Position numbers and translations under genes: made by a program. Shown here one piece after another: positions 11,003 to 20,556 of a stretch of 64,000 nt of DNA. Positions within the stretch are counted from its first letter, which is position 1, and each line of letters opens with the position of its first letter. The DNA is from an uncultured Planctomycetaceae bacterium (GTDB lineage: Bacteria > Planctomycetota > Planctomycetia > Isosphaerales > Isosphaeraceae), in the NCBI GenBank assembly GCA_963833985.1, contig CAWIAD010000001.1, positions 1,952,001 through 2,016,000 on the forward strand. Reading direction: 5' to 3'. The notes beneath the pieces are model-generated. The model had not been told where the DNA came from. It made no database searches and saw only the letters and a program-made list of their open reading frames with translations.

Positions 11003-11224
11003 TCAGGCCCGTGATTCGAGCGGAGGTTGGACGCGCTCGTGGCTCAAGAAGTCGTCGGAGAGTTTCTCGACGCCTTCGAAGAAGATCTCCCAGGGGTCCC
11101 TGGTGATCACGAGGAATCCCTCACTCGTGCGCTTCAGGTGGACCGTGTCCGACTCGACGCGAAATTCCTTTGGTAGCCGGATCGCCTGGCTGCGACCATT
11201 CTGAAATACCCTGGCGATCGCCAT
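11003..11224 (-). CDS. vapB: VapB (AbrB/MazE-type) antitoxin
   Basis: ARVFQNGRSQAIRLPKEFR motif; immediately upstream of vapC. Confidence 0.92.
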   Translation of the reverse strand: MAIARVFQNGRSQAIRLPKEFRVESDTVHLKRTSEGFLVITRDPWEIFFEGVEKLSDDFLSHERVQPPLESRA

Positions 11225-11335
11225 GATTAGCCTCCGCGACTCTATGGTATCTATCGTATGGTAGATCTCTCTCGCATGGCGGGCAAGGTCGTGCTGCGCC
11301 CCGTGGGATGCGTCGACAAACGACCTCGCCGAATC

Positions 11336-11480
11336 TCACTGGGGTTTCGCGTTGCCGGCCTTACGCGTCAGGACATCGAGTTCAACCTGGAGGGCCAGCC
11401 CGCCACGCCGCTCGGCATCGGGGAGTCCTCCGAGGCCCTCCGCATCCCGGACGGCGACCAGATCGGTGTCCTTCCGGCAT
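11336..11480 (-). pseudogene. Remnant of the C-terminus of a planctomycete Ser/Thr kinase-TPR type protein
   Basis: KDTDLVAVRDAEGLGGLPDAERRG..AL.VELDVL resembles the tail of such proteins as I recall it; no upstream gene body. Confidence 0.45.
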
Positions 11481-11954
11481 TGTGACAGTCCCGGGAATAC
11501 GGGATTGCGATCCTGCGGCGAGCCGGAAACCAGCATGCGGGACCTGATCTCCAGGTCGGCCTTGACCCAGGTGCGAACGGCGGAGCGGGATACGAAGCAA
11601 CCCCGAATCGCTTCCCAAACAAAGCCGAGGGAAAGGATGTTCACGGTCCCGGGCACGCCTTACATTCCTGTTGCGCTTGTCCGGAGGATCAAATCCTCTC
11701 TCGCTGTAGACCCGCCAGGCGAAGTCAAGAAGCGGTGGGCCGGGGAAGCAGAGCCGGGCACCAGCCTGACACAGAAGGAATCGAGGTGACGACGGCGCCA
11801 CGCCTGGCGCATCCGGGCCGCCCAGCTTCGTCCATCAAACCTGATCGGCGCCTACTTCGTGTCGTCCGAGCGTCGCGGCGCCGGGCAGCCTTCTTTCCAC
11901 GACGAGCGTGCCGTAGTTCAGGAACGATCGACTGGATCAACTCCGTGAAATCAT

Positions 11955-11980
11955 GGGTTCAAATCCCGCCGCCCCGACTA
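11955..11980 (+). other. Isolated tRNA 3'-end fragment (tRNA-Pro-like), possible att remnant
   Basis: GGGTTCAAATCCCGCCGCCCCGACTA is a T-loop plus 3' acceptor strand with no 5' half upstream. Confidence 0.6.
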
Positions 11981-12286
11981 TTCTTCTCGCATCGTTGTTT
12001 TGTGGCACTTTTTGGGGTCTTACCTGGTTCAATCGCAAAGTTGAGTTTTCACTATTGATCGCCTGACTCGTCACAGGTACGTTCTCATAATCACTTGACG
12101 AGTTCAAATCCTGTTGCTTGCTTGGCAAGGCAAACCCGGCCGGAAAACTCTTTGGACGACTTGTCGAATTCCGGACCGGCCGTTCGATCAGATAGTGAAG
12201 GCGGGGAACATGGCCCGCCCGAGGACCGTCACTCAAGGCGGCATCCTGAGCGACACGGCGGGAAACCTATGCGGAGGTGTGAGGGA

Positions 12287-12871
12287 ATGGGAAAGCTGGT
12301 ATTCGGAATGATGCAATCGCTCGACGGCTACGTCGCTGGCCTCGCGGGCGGGCCTGGATCGGATGGCTACGTCGCTGGCCTCGCGGCCGGGCTGGAATTA
12401 CCGCCGCCCGATGCGTCACTCCACCGTCATTTCAACGATCACGTCCGCGGCCTGGCCGGCAGTTTGTGCGGTCGCCGTATGTACGAAGTGATGCGTTACT
12501 GGGACGAGGACCAGCCGGAGTGGGATGTGGTCGATCACGACTTCGCGGCAGTGTGGAGGGCGCTGCCGAAATGGGTCGTGTCACGCTCGCTCAAATCGGT
12601 TGGCGCAAACGCTACGCTCGTGGCTGCCGACGTCGAAGCGTTCGTGCGCGGCCTGAAGGCGGAAGTCGTGGGCGAAATCGACGTCGCCGGGCCCGAACTC
12701 GCGGGGTGCTTGACCGACCTCGGTCTCATCGACGAGTACCGTCTCTACTTCCGCCCGTTTGTGCTCGGCCGCGGCAAGCCGTACTTCGCCGGTGCCAGGC
12801 CGCCCCTCCGACTTATCGCCGCCGATCGCGTCGGCGAGGATGCGGTCAGGCTGACGTACGTCCCTATTTGA
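12287..12871 (+). CDS. Dihydrofolate reductase-like (RibD C-terminal domain) protein
   Basis: MMQSLDGYV, GRRMYE, KWVVSRSL and GLIDEYRL...P.VLGRG motifs. Confidence 0.88.
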   Translation: MGKLVFGMMQSLDGYVAGLAGGPGSDGYVAGLAAGLELPPPDASLHRHFNDHVRGLAGSLCGRRMYEVMRYWDEDQPEWDVVDHDFAAVWRALPKWVVSRSLKSVGANATLVAADVEAFVRGLKAEVVGEIDVAGPELAGCLTDLGLIDEYRLYFRPFVLGRGKPYFAGARPPLRLIAADRVGEDAVRLTYVPI

Positions 12872-13392
12872 TCACGATATCGCGACTACATACATAACTG
12901 CGACCATCCGGGCGTGTCGCCACAGCCGTTCGATAATGGCGGAACCGTGCAAGAATCGAGTTCAATGATCATTGCGGGAAGCTCTGCGGTTCCGGGTGAG
13001 TTGACGCAAGTTCTTTCGCACTCATACGATCAGCCGCTCAAAACCCTGCACCCATTTGGGGCGGTCAATTCACAAGCCGCTTAACTCCACTTACATGTTG
13101 AGCAGGCTGCGCAAGCCGAGGCGTGCGGTGACAGAATGGGAGCGCTGGTATACAACACAGTCGGAACAGTGCAAGGGTGGGAGCTTGCACGCGGTAGGTG
13201 GCGACCTCTGTGTAAAGCAGGCCTCGCGGGATCAATTCTCCGCTGTCGCCGCAGGAGTGTCGGCACGCAGGTAGATGTTTTCTTGCGTGCTGCCTGAGGC
13301 GATCGACATGCGAACGAGGGGTGGTTTTGGTTCGTCCTCTGCAACAACTGTTCACCGAACCGCGGCAAACATGCTCCAACGGGGGTGGCTCC

Positions 13393-14388
13393 ATGACACG
13401 TTCAGACGCGATCACCAGGCGGCGACTCATGAAGGCCGGGCTCATCGTCGCCGGAGCACCGTTCTGCCCCGAGGCACTGTTCGACGGGCGCGCCGCCGCG
13501 GACGATGAGAAGCCGGCGGAGGAAACTCCGATCGGGCCGCGGGAAATCGTGAAAGGCCTCGACGGCATGAGCCGGGTCGCCGAGACGGGGAACACATTCG
13601 GCCTCGGGCACAACGCGGCCGCCGTCATCTCGTCCGCGTTCTTCTGCCGTGAGCAGAAACTCGACGCCGACACGCAGAAGGAGATTCTGGCCCTTCTCGA
13701 CACCCGGCTGCTCAAGAACCCGATCTACGCGGCCGGCCGGCCGAAGGAGACCGCGGATCCGACGCTCACCGAGGGTCTGCTTGAAGACCTCGACGCCGGC
13801 ATCGCCACACTGCGTGGGAAAGGTCACAACATCATCTTCGCGGTCACCTGCCTCAAGGCCCTCCGCGCGGTGCCCGAGGCAGTGACGCCCGAACGGATCG
13901 ACGGCCTGCGGAAGATGGTTCGGAGCTTCGGGAAGACAAGGGGCGGGGCCGAGGAGGATCCGGATCCGCCACTCGTGGGTCTCGACGACGAGCAGCAATT
14001 CGTCCACTTCATCTTTGAGGAATTCCTGAAGGCAGCGGGCGATGGGTTTGACGGGCACGTGTTGACGATCGGTCACGCCTTGCTCGAGTTGCATCGCATG
14101 GGACAGAAGGAACTGGCCCGCAAGGGCGTGCCGGCCTACTGGGAGTGGTGCCGGGGGGCACGCGCGAATGAGGGCGAGGGCGAAGTCCCGCCTGCTCCGC
14201 CCCAGGCACCGACCCCGCTCACCCGCGAGTACTGGGCTGCACAGGCGAAGCGCCGTATCGGCGAGATCGTCAGCAGCCACAGGGTGAAGTACCCCTACAG
14301 CTTCTACGCTCTGGCAAAGGACGTGAAGGACGAGGACCTGAAGAAGCGGATTCTGGCGAAGGTGTACCGCTTGACCGCGACGAACTGA
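13393..14388 (+). CDS. Tat-exported hypothetical protein
   Basis: TRRRLMK twin-arginine signal; protein-like composition with repeated GH motifs (GHNAA, GHNII, GHVLTIGH). Confidence 0.7.
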   Translation: MTRSDAITRRRLMKAGLIVAGAPFCPEALFDGRAAADDEKPAEETPIGPREIVKGLDGMSRVAETGNTFGLGHNAAAVISSAFFCREQKLDADTQKEILALLDTRLLKNPIYAAGRPKETADPTLTEGLLEDLDAGIATLRGKGHNIIFAVTCLKALRAVPEAVTPERIDGLRKMVRSFGKTRGGAEEDPDPPLVGLDDEQQFVHFIFEEFLKAAGDGFDGHVLTIGHALLELHRMGQKELARKGVPAYWEWCRGARANEGEGEVPPAPPQAPTPLTREYWAAQAKRRIGEIVSSHRVKYPYSFYALAKDVKDEDLKKRILAKVYRLTATN

Positions 14389-14452
14389 CCTCGAACGTTG
14401 ATCGTCCCTTCGCCGCGTCCCCGGGCGAGCAGACGACCGGTGAGTGCCGCGA

Positions 14453-16237
14453 CTAATCGGTGTAGTATTTGTTTTCGTCGGGGAACTCTTCGCCCGCGAG
14501 AATCTCGTCCTTCTGCGCCAGGAATTGATCCAGCGGCGGACGTCGCGCAAGTCCAATGGCCCGCTGGCAAGCGTGAGCGAGCGCAAGCAGGGTGCTCTCG
14601 TCGTAAACGCGGCCGATCATTGTTTGCGGTTTTGGCATCGGGAAACCGTCCTGCGTTTCGAACTTCCTTGGAAACGTGATTGCCGGATGCCCTGTCATGT
14701 TGCCGTACCAATCCCAGCGGTCATCCGTTTCGTGGCCGGGAGTCCATTCGTCGCACAGCAAGACATCGACGGCTTGCATCATCTTGTCAAATCGCTGCAT
14801 GACGATGGCGCGCAGCCGATTGATCTTCAGGTAGTCGACGGCGGTCAGGAAATGGCCGAGCAAGAACCACGGCGGCCACCCCTTCACGCCCCTGGGCTCC
14901 CCGCGACGCGTCAGGTCTTCAAACGCGGCAGCCGACTCGCTGGCCATGAGCCCCGCCGAGAGCTCATTCTTCGGCAGTCCGTAGTCCTTTTTCATGTAGG
15001 GTGGCTCGACGGGAACGAGTGTCACGCCCAGCTCGCGCAGGACTCGAAGACGATCCCTATTCTTATCTTCGCCCCCTCCTGCGACATACCCCACTCGAAT
15101 CGTGGAAACCTCCCGCGACGAAGGCCAGACGTACGGCCGATCAACCGACGACGCGTCGCGCGGATCGGCACCGTGGATGGCGGCGAGCACCAGACCGCAG
15201 TCGTCATTGCTCCGGCAGATTGGTCCGATCTTGTCGAGCGACCAGCAGAGTTGCATACAGCCATATCGGCTCACGCGTCCGTAAGTCGGTCGCAGTCCCA
15301 CTGCACCGCAGACGATGGAAGGGCCGATGAGACTTGCGGTGGTTTCCGTGCCGATGGAAAAGCCGACGAGTCCGGCGGCGGATGCAACTGCGGGTCCCGA
15401 CGACGAACCCGCCGCGTCTTTGCGCGGATTCCAGGGATTGCGGGTGATGCCGCGATACCACAAAACTGATCCGCCAGCCAATGTGTTGGTGGCCAGTTTC
15501 GCCACGAGCACCGCGCCGGCATTTTCAAGCCGCTCGGCCACCGCGGCCTTGGTGTCAATGATGCGATGGCGATACTGCCCAACGCCCCACGTCGTGGGGT
15601 AGCCCGGGTAGGAGATGATATCCTTGAGGCCATAGGGAATTCCGTGAAGCGGTCCGCGATCATGCTTCGCGCGCAGCTCCTGGTCGGCTCGCTCCGCTTG
15701 TTTCAGCGCCAGCTCGTCCATGAAGGTCACGACGCATTTGAGCAGCGGGTCGTAGCGCCGGAGCCGTTCCAGATAAAGCTTCGTCAATTCCACCGACGAA
15801 ATCTTTCGATTGCGCAACAGCTTCCCGAGCCGCCGGATGGAACTGAACGCCAGGTCCTCGTCAGAGTCGGGCCGTGAATCCGGATCGGAGACCCGTGCTT
15901 CGGTCCCCTGTGCCGGAGATGTTTTGATCTCGTAACCCCGCGGGTCAGGAAGTGACGCCGGACTGGTGAGCGGAGCGAACCGCAGCCCCGGAAGGAGTGA
16001 ATTGTCGACTTCGATCGGCCGAACGTGTCCCAGGTCCTCTCGCGCAAACTTGAACGCATGGACGACCGCTTCCCGCTGAGGATCGGTGAGCTTGATCCCC
16101 GCGACCCATTCTGCGTCGGTGACCATTTGCGGCGAGACGTCTCCGTCTCTCGCAGCCGCCGCCAGTGCCCGCTGAAAAACGGCCGTCCCGATTCCGGCGG
16201 ATCCAAGAATTGCCAGCGCACTTCGCCGACTGAGCAT
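14453..16237 (-). CDS. Amidase signature family enzyme with Tat signal
   Basis: SRRSAL signal; GPLHGIPYGLKD, NPWN..GSSSG and IGTETTASL.GP..VCG..GLRPTYGRV motifs. Confidence 0.9.
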   Translation of the reverse strand: MLSRRSALAILGSAGIGTAVFQRALAAAARDGDVSPQMVTDAEWVAGIKLTDPQREAVVHAFKFAREDLGHVRPIEVDNSLLPGLRFAPLTSPASLPDPRGYEIKTSPAQGTEARVSDPDSRPDSDEDLAFSSIRRLGKLLRNRKISSVELTKLYLERLRRYDPLLKCVVTFMDELALKQAERADQELRAKHDRGPLHGIPYGLKDIISYPGYPTTWGVGQYRHRIIDTKAAVAERLENAGAVLVAKLATNTLAGGSVLWYRGITRNPWNPRKDAAGSSSGPAVASAAGLVGFSIGTETTASLIGPSIVCGAVGLRPTYGRVSRYGCMQLCWSLDKIGPICRSNDDCGLVLAAIHGADPRDASSVDRPYVWPSSREVSTIRVGYVAGGGEDKNRDRLRVLRELGVTLVPVEPPYMKKDYGLPKNELSAGLMASESAAAFEDLTRRGEPRGVKGWPPWFLLGHFLTAVDYLKINRLRAIVMQRFDKMMQAVDVLLCDEWTPGHETDDRWDWYGNMTGHPAITFPRKFETQDGFPMPKPQTMIGRVYDESTLLALAHACQRAIGLARRPPLDQFLAQKDEILAGEEFPDENKYYTD

Positions 16238-17013
16238 GATTCAAGTCCCTGGAATGGGTGACGATGACCGGCGCAGATTCGCGTCAGCCTTGAACGGCGG
16301 CCACAGTTATTGTTGATTCAGAATCGACGAATGCCAACTCTTTCGCGGCCTGAGCTAACGAGGGGGACATAGTGAGGCAAGCCGGCAGCTTGGACAATAA
16401 TGGGGAACGACTCGTCATCGACCCCAGACGGCCTCCTTTTGCCCGGAGTGCGATGATGGCTGACCATGTTCCTCTCGAATCTCCGCCACTCTCGAGTCTC
16501 CCTGTGCCGCTCGAATATCCCCTGGGACCACGGAACCGCTCGGAGCGGTCAGGGGCGGACCGATTGAGTTCTCGGTCCCCGCGACACCGTGTGCGACTCC
16601 ATCGGGCTCAGTCGCGGCTCGCTCTCGATCATCCAGGGTCCAGACGTGCAGGACCCGGCGATTTCACTCACAAGCAGCACCAGGTCGATCGACTCCAGGA
16701 TCGACCGGAACCGCAGGCCGTCTTTCAGGTGCCGGTGTTGAAACCCTCCGGTTAATCGGCTAAAAAAGTCTTCCTGCTGTGACGCAGGACCGATGCGGCC
16801 TGGCGAGCGCATCGATCTCAGAAGATTCGCATCCTCGGCGTTCCCGGTCAGACTTGGCGTAACCCGGCGAGGGCCTGGCGAAGCGGGTAAGGCGCGGTCC
16901 GAGGCGAGGCCGTCATGCTTCGTCTCGAGAACGTGTTTCTTACCCAGCGCAGGCGAGCACAGGAAGTTGATGAGCCCCATCCGGATTCTCTGTCTCCTGC
17001 GGCGTTGTTCATC

Positions 17014-17616
17014 ATGGGCTTGAAAAGTGTCGCGAAGCGTCTCCAGCGATGGCTTGCCGGCAAGACCGGGGACAGGCCGCCGGCCGTGCCGTACGATTGG
17101 AAGGTCGAGAACGATCGGACGATCGAGAGCTTACGTCGACAGGGTGTGAGAATCGGCGGGGACTGCGTCATTTTAACCACGCAGTTCTCGCTGGAGCCCT
17201 ACCTGGTTGAGATTGGTAACCGCGTTGCGGTTTCCGGAGGGACGATTTTCCTGACACACGACGGCTCGAGTTTCCTGTTGCGGGCTCGCCGGTCGAATGC
17301 CCAGCATTTCGGCAAGATCACGGTCGGCGACAACACGTACATCGGTCAGAATTGCATCATACTGCCCGGGACTCAGATCGGCGCTCGTTGCATTATCGGA
17401 GCCGGCACGGTCCTCCGCGGGATGATCCCTGAGAACTCCGTCGTCGTCGGCAATCCGGGAAAGGTCGTGGGTCGGACCAGCTTATTCCTGGAGATGCTCG
17501 ACAGCAGCCCCGATACGCTCGATACTTTTGCCCTGTCGGCGACGGAGCGGGAAAACATCGTGAAGCGTCATTTTGGGTTGGATCAAGAAGAGGATTCTCC
17601 GTGCCGTGAGTCTTGA
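17014..17616 (+). CDS. Hexapeptide-repeat acyltransferase
   Basis: EPYLVEIG, FLTHDG, ITVGDNTYIG..CIILPG.QIG..CIIGAG and VVVGNPGK motifs; start uncertain (16915 possible). Confidence 0.85.
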   Translation: MGLKSVAKRLQRWLAGKTGDRPPAVPYDWKVENDRTIESLRRQGVRIGGDCVILTTQFSLEPYLVEIGNRVAVSGGTIFLTHDGSSFLLRARRSNAQHFGKITVGDNTYIGQNCIILPGTQIGARCIIGAGTVLRGMIPENSVVVGNPGKVVGRTSLFLEMLDSSPDTLDTFALSATERENIVKRHFGLDQEEDSPCRES

Positions 17617-17704
17617 CCGCTGGCCCACGCCGCGCCGGGCACCCACGGTGCGTCCATCCTCTGCTGCTGGGTGCGGCCGTTGAACCAGCCAAGGAGATTG
17701 GAAG

Positions 17705-18010
17705 ATGCGAGACCAGACGGTAACGCCTGTTAAGACAGCCGTCTCGAAAGACGCTGCTCGGGAAGCGATCGCGAAGCTCCTGGGCGTCGACGTTGCTCGT
17801 TTAATTCCCGATGCCTCACTGACGGAGGACTTGAAGCTCGACTCGATCGACTCGGTCACGCTCATCATGGATCTCGAACGACTGTTCGATGTCCAGCTGC
17901 CTGACAAAGAAGCGGCTCAGATCACGACAGTTTCAGAAATGATCGACTTCCTCTGCGTGCAGACGGCGCTTGCACGGTCGGCGAATGCCTCCGTGACTTC
18001 GCCAGATTGA
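17705..18010 (+). CDS. Acyl carrier protein
   Basis: DLKLDSID phosphopantetheine serine motif; LE..FD.QLPD..A.QITTV. Confidence 0.85.
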   Translation: MRDQTVTPVKTAVSKDAAREAIAKLLGVDVARLIPDASLTEDLKLDSIDSVTLIMDLERLFDVQLPDKEAAQITTVSEMIDFLCVQTALARSANASVTSPD

Positions 18011-18042
18011 GTGTCCGTCGCCGGCATTCCAGAGCAACGCAT

Positions 18043-18176
18043 GGGGCCACCCATAGATCCGGGTGGTGTCAATGGCTTCCGCGTGAGACTCGGTGTCAGA
18101 AAGCGGCCTGAGAACTCGGCTTGCAGCGGTGGAATCACCAGGTGCCTGGTGCGGGGCCGAGAGGAATGTGGATGGC
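18043..18176 (+). repeat. Direct repeat copy 1 (64-bp core 18113-18176)
   Basis: Core AACTCGGCTTGCAG...GGATGGC is 60/64 identical to copy 2; upstream GGGGCCACCCATAGATC also shared with copy 2. Confidence 0.85.
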
Positions 18177-18386
18177 ACCTGAGCCTGGCTCCCCCGCGCC
18201 CCGAGACTTTGTTCTCTCGTTTCTCGCGGTGTGAGACGTTGTCCTCGAACGGACCATCACTGTGTCGAGCATCTCAACCTCGCATGACACTGCCGACTTC
18301 GGATCGGCTTCGAGCATGCGATGTACTATATGAAGGCACAGGCATTCCCCGATGCTTCGAGTTCAACAGTGTCGGCTCTGTGCCGG

Positions 18387-18890
18387 CTAGCCGCCAGCGA
18401 GACGCTTGATGTCTTTGATCAGCAGGTAAAGGTGGAGCGCATCCGTTGGCGACGGAATGAATCCGAAATGCTCGTAGAAACGGCGGGCGTTTTCGTCCTT
18501 GGCGTGGACGGCCAAAGCGCGGATGCCGGCGATGTCGGCGGCCTGAATTGTCCGCAGCATCGCATCCTTGAGCAGACCGGAACCGATTCCCTGGCCTTGC
18601 AATCCGCTACGGACCGCGAGCCGGGCGATGAGCATGATCGGCACGGCATGGCGGGCCAGGCCCTTGCTCAGTCGTTCGGGCGCGTCGTGATAAGCCACCT
18701 GGCCCACCGCCAGCGAGTAGTAACCGACAACAGTCTTTCCGGAAAGCGCTACGTAAGTTTGAGCGGCACCTGCGCGTAGGTTGACCAGGGCGAAGCGTGA
18801 GAGAAAGCGGTTCAGCTCCTCCTGTCCGCAGTCGAAGTCGGAAACCGCGTGATCCGATCTGAGCTTCTCGATCCGGAGTGGATCGGCCAT
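18387..18890 (-). CDS. GNAT acetyltransferase toxin (TacT/AtaT-like)
   Basis: FDCG.EELN.FL, VVGYYSL, IARLAV....QGQGIG..LL and FYEHFGF motifs; paired with a DUF1778 gene. Confidence 0.9.
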   Translation of the reverse strand: MADPLRIEKLRSDHAVSDFDCGQEELNRFLSRFALVNLRAGAAQTYVALSGKTVVGYYSLAVGQVAYHDAPERLSKGLARHAVPIMLIARLAVRSGLQGQGIGSGLLKDAMLRTIQAADIAGIRALAVHAKDENARRFYEHFGFIPSPTDALHLYLLIKDIKRLAGG

Positions 18891-18892
18891 CC

Positions 18893-19177
18893 TCAATCGC
18901 CGCGTTCAAAGACGCTCGGTTCCCTGAGGAGTCGGCCAAGGCGTGGGATTTCGCGGGGAGGGGCGTCGAGCGCTTCCATGAACGCCTTCCAGCAATTGGC
19001 ATCAAGGCCGAATCGGGTGCGGTCGGCCAGGGTTTCCTCAGCGCGCAGCAGGGCACTCTCGAGCACGAATTCGCTGACTGTCCGGCCCGCGGACTCAGCA
19101 GCAGTTTGCAGTTTCTGCTTGGCCTCCGGCGACAGCCGAAGATCAAGCTTGGCGGTCCGAGTCGATCGTACCGGCAT
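18893..19177 (-). CDS. DUF1778 ribbon-helix-helix antitoxin
   Basis: KLDLRLSPEAK..L..AA...GRTVSEFVLESA and FMEALDAPP motifs. Confidence 0.9.
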   Translation of the reverse strand: MPVRSTRTAKLDLRLSPEAKQKLQTAAESAGRTVSEFVLESALLRAEETLADRTRFGLDANCWKAFMEALDAPPREIPRLGRLLREPSVFERGD

Positions 19178-19297
19178 GGGAATGTCTCCTGGCCCTTTTC
19201 CAGAAGTGAGAGGATAACATCCTTGCCCGACATTGTCACGACAACTCACTCCGCGTCAACCCGTTGCCGCGTGCACAAGGGCGAGAATCGCTACGAA

Positions 19298-19455
19298 GGG
19301 GCCACCCATAGATCTGGGTCGGCGTCACAGATCCGGCGCAAGATTCGGAGTCGGAAGTTGGCCTGGCAACTCGGCTTGCAGTGGTGGAATCGCCAGGTGC
19401 CTGGTGCGGGGCCGAGGGGAATGGGGATGGCCACGCGACTCGCGCGCGTGCCTCG
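19298..19455 (+). repeat. Direct repeat copy 2 (64-bp core 19368-19431)
   Basis: Core shared with copies 1 and 3; downstream CTCGCGCGCGTGCCTCG shared with copy 3. Confidence 0.85.
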
Positions 19456-19526
19456 TGGTGCGTCAGGATGGCCTGCGTGCCCTTCTCGGTTACAGTAGAA
19501 CGGTCACCATCAAAGGAGCGCCGCGA

Positions 19527-19769
19527 ATGACCACGCTCACGTCCGAACAGTTGCAAGAGATCCGGAAGGCGGGCGAGGAGGCTGTTCGGCTCGCCGATCC
19601 CGAGACGCAAACCGAGTACGTCATCCTCAAGGCCGACGTCTACGACCGCCTCCGTGCCGTGGCCGACGATGCAAGAGCTGCCTATCCCCTGGCCATGAAG
19701 GTTTTCGGCTAGGACGGTTGGGACGATCCGCAAATGGATGAATACAACCTTCTCGACCCCCGCACATGA
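19527..19769 (+). pseudogene. Putative antitoxin with in-frame TAG at 19710-19712
   Basis: AAGGAG RBS; the frame continues after the stop as DGWDDPQMDEYNLLDPRT and ends at a TGA overlapping the toxin ATG. Confidence 0.65.
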
Positions 19770-20114
19770 AGGTGAATCGTGGCGACGTCGTGCTGGTGGA
19801 CTATCCGTTCACGACGGGCGGGGCCAAGGTGCGCCCCGCTCTCGTCGTTCAAAACGACCGGGACAACGTTCGGATGACGAACACGATCGTCGCCCAGATC
19901 TCCGACAACACCGCTCGCGTCAACGAGCCCACGCAAGATCTGATCGAGCTGGTGAGTGAACCAGGCTGCGGGCTCGCAAGGGATTCGGCGCTGATCGCAA
20001 CAAATCTGCTGACGATGCACCAGGGCGATATCCTACGCGTCCTGGGAGCGCTCTCGGCCGGCAACGATGGATCAGATCGATGACTGCCTGAGGGTCGCGC
20101 TCGGACTCCCGTGA
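19766..20114 (+). pseudogene. PemK/MazF family toxin, frameshifted near 20060
   Basis: RGDVVLVDYPFT...KVRPALVVQND; the expected tail MDQIDDCLRVALGLP is in another frame ending at 20114. Confidence 0.8.
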
Positions 20115-20349
20115 ATTGACTCGACGCACGCGAAACCTCCAGGTCACCCTCTCCACTGATCTCGCAACCGAGGCTGGATGGCTCATACGCCCGATCCGGG
20201 CCACATGACTCAGCCACCGTGCAAGTTCCATGACGGCGGTCCCGACCGAAGGAGTCAGGCGGTGCCAGGCCACCGCAAGCCCCTGTCGTGCCGCGTCCGT
20301 GCAGACAAGGTGGGAGAGGCAAAGACCGCCACGCGGTTTCGCCTTCCTG

Positions 20350-20437
20350 AACTCGGCTTGCAGCGGTGGAATCGCCGGTTGCCTGGTGCGGGGCCGAGGG
20401 GAATGGGGATGGCCCCGTGCCTCGCGCGCGTGCCTCG
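20350..20437 (+). repeat. Direct repeat copy 3 (64-bp core 20350-20413)
   Basis: Core 61/64 identical to copy 2. Confidence 0.85.
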
Positions 20438-20556
20438 CCGCACCGTGCCTTTCTGGGTCAGCGCGGCGAGAACAGGCGTCGAGCAGTGCACTGCAAGCAG
20501 AGGGTCGCTGCGAACTCCGGGTTGCGACGATGGCGTGTCGTTCTTTCTTCCCGGCT

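Noticed and set aside
11955..11980. Complete tRNA gene
   Set aside because: No D-arm, anticodon arm or 5' acceptor strand upstream.
12098..12115. Second T-loop-like GTTCAAATCC
   Set aside because: Too short and without a convincing stem or acceptor strand.
16372..16900. Possible gene remnant upstream of the acyltransferase
   Set aside because: No frame gives a recognisable motif.
18113..20413. 64-bp repeats as a CRISPR array or classical integron attC sites
   Set aside because: Spacers are about 1 kb and contain genes, no cas or intI gene is in the window, paired RYYYAAC/GTTRRRY boxes are not evident, and the two TA modules face opposite ways.
10129..20440. Intact prophage or ICE at ssrA
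   Set aside because: No integrase, phage or conjugation genes, and no exact duplicate of the ssrA 3' end was noticed.
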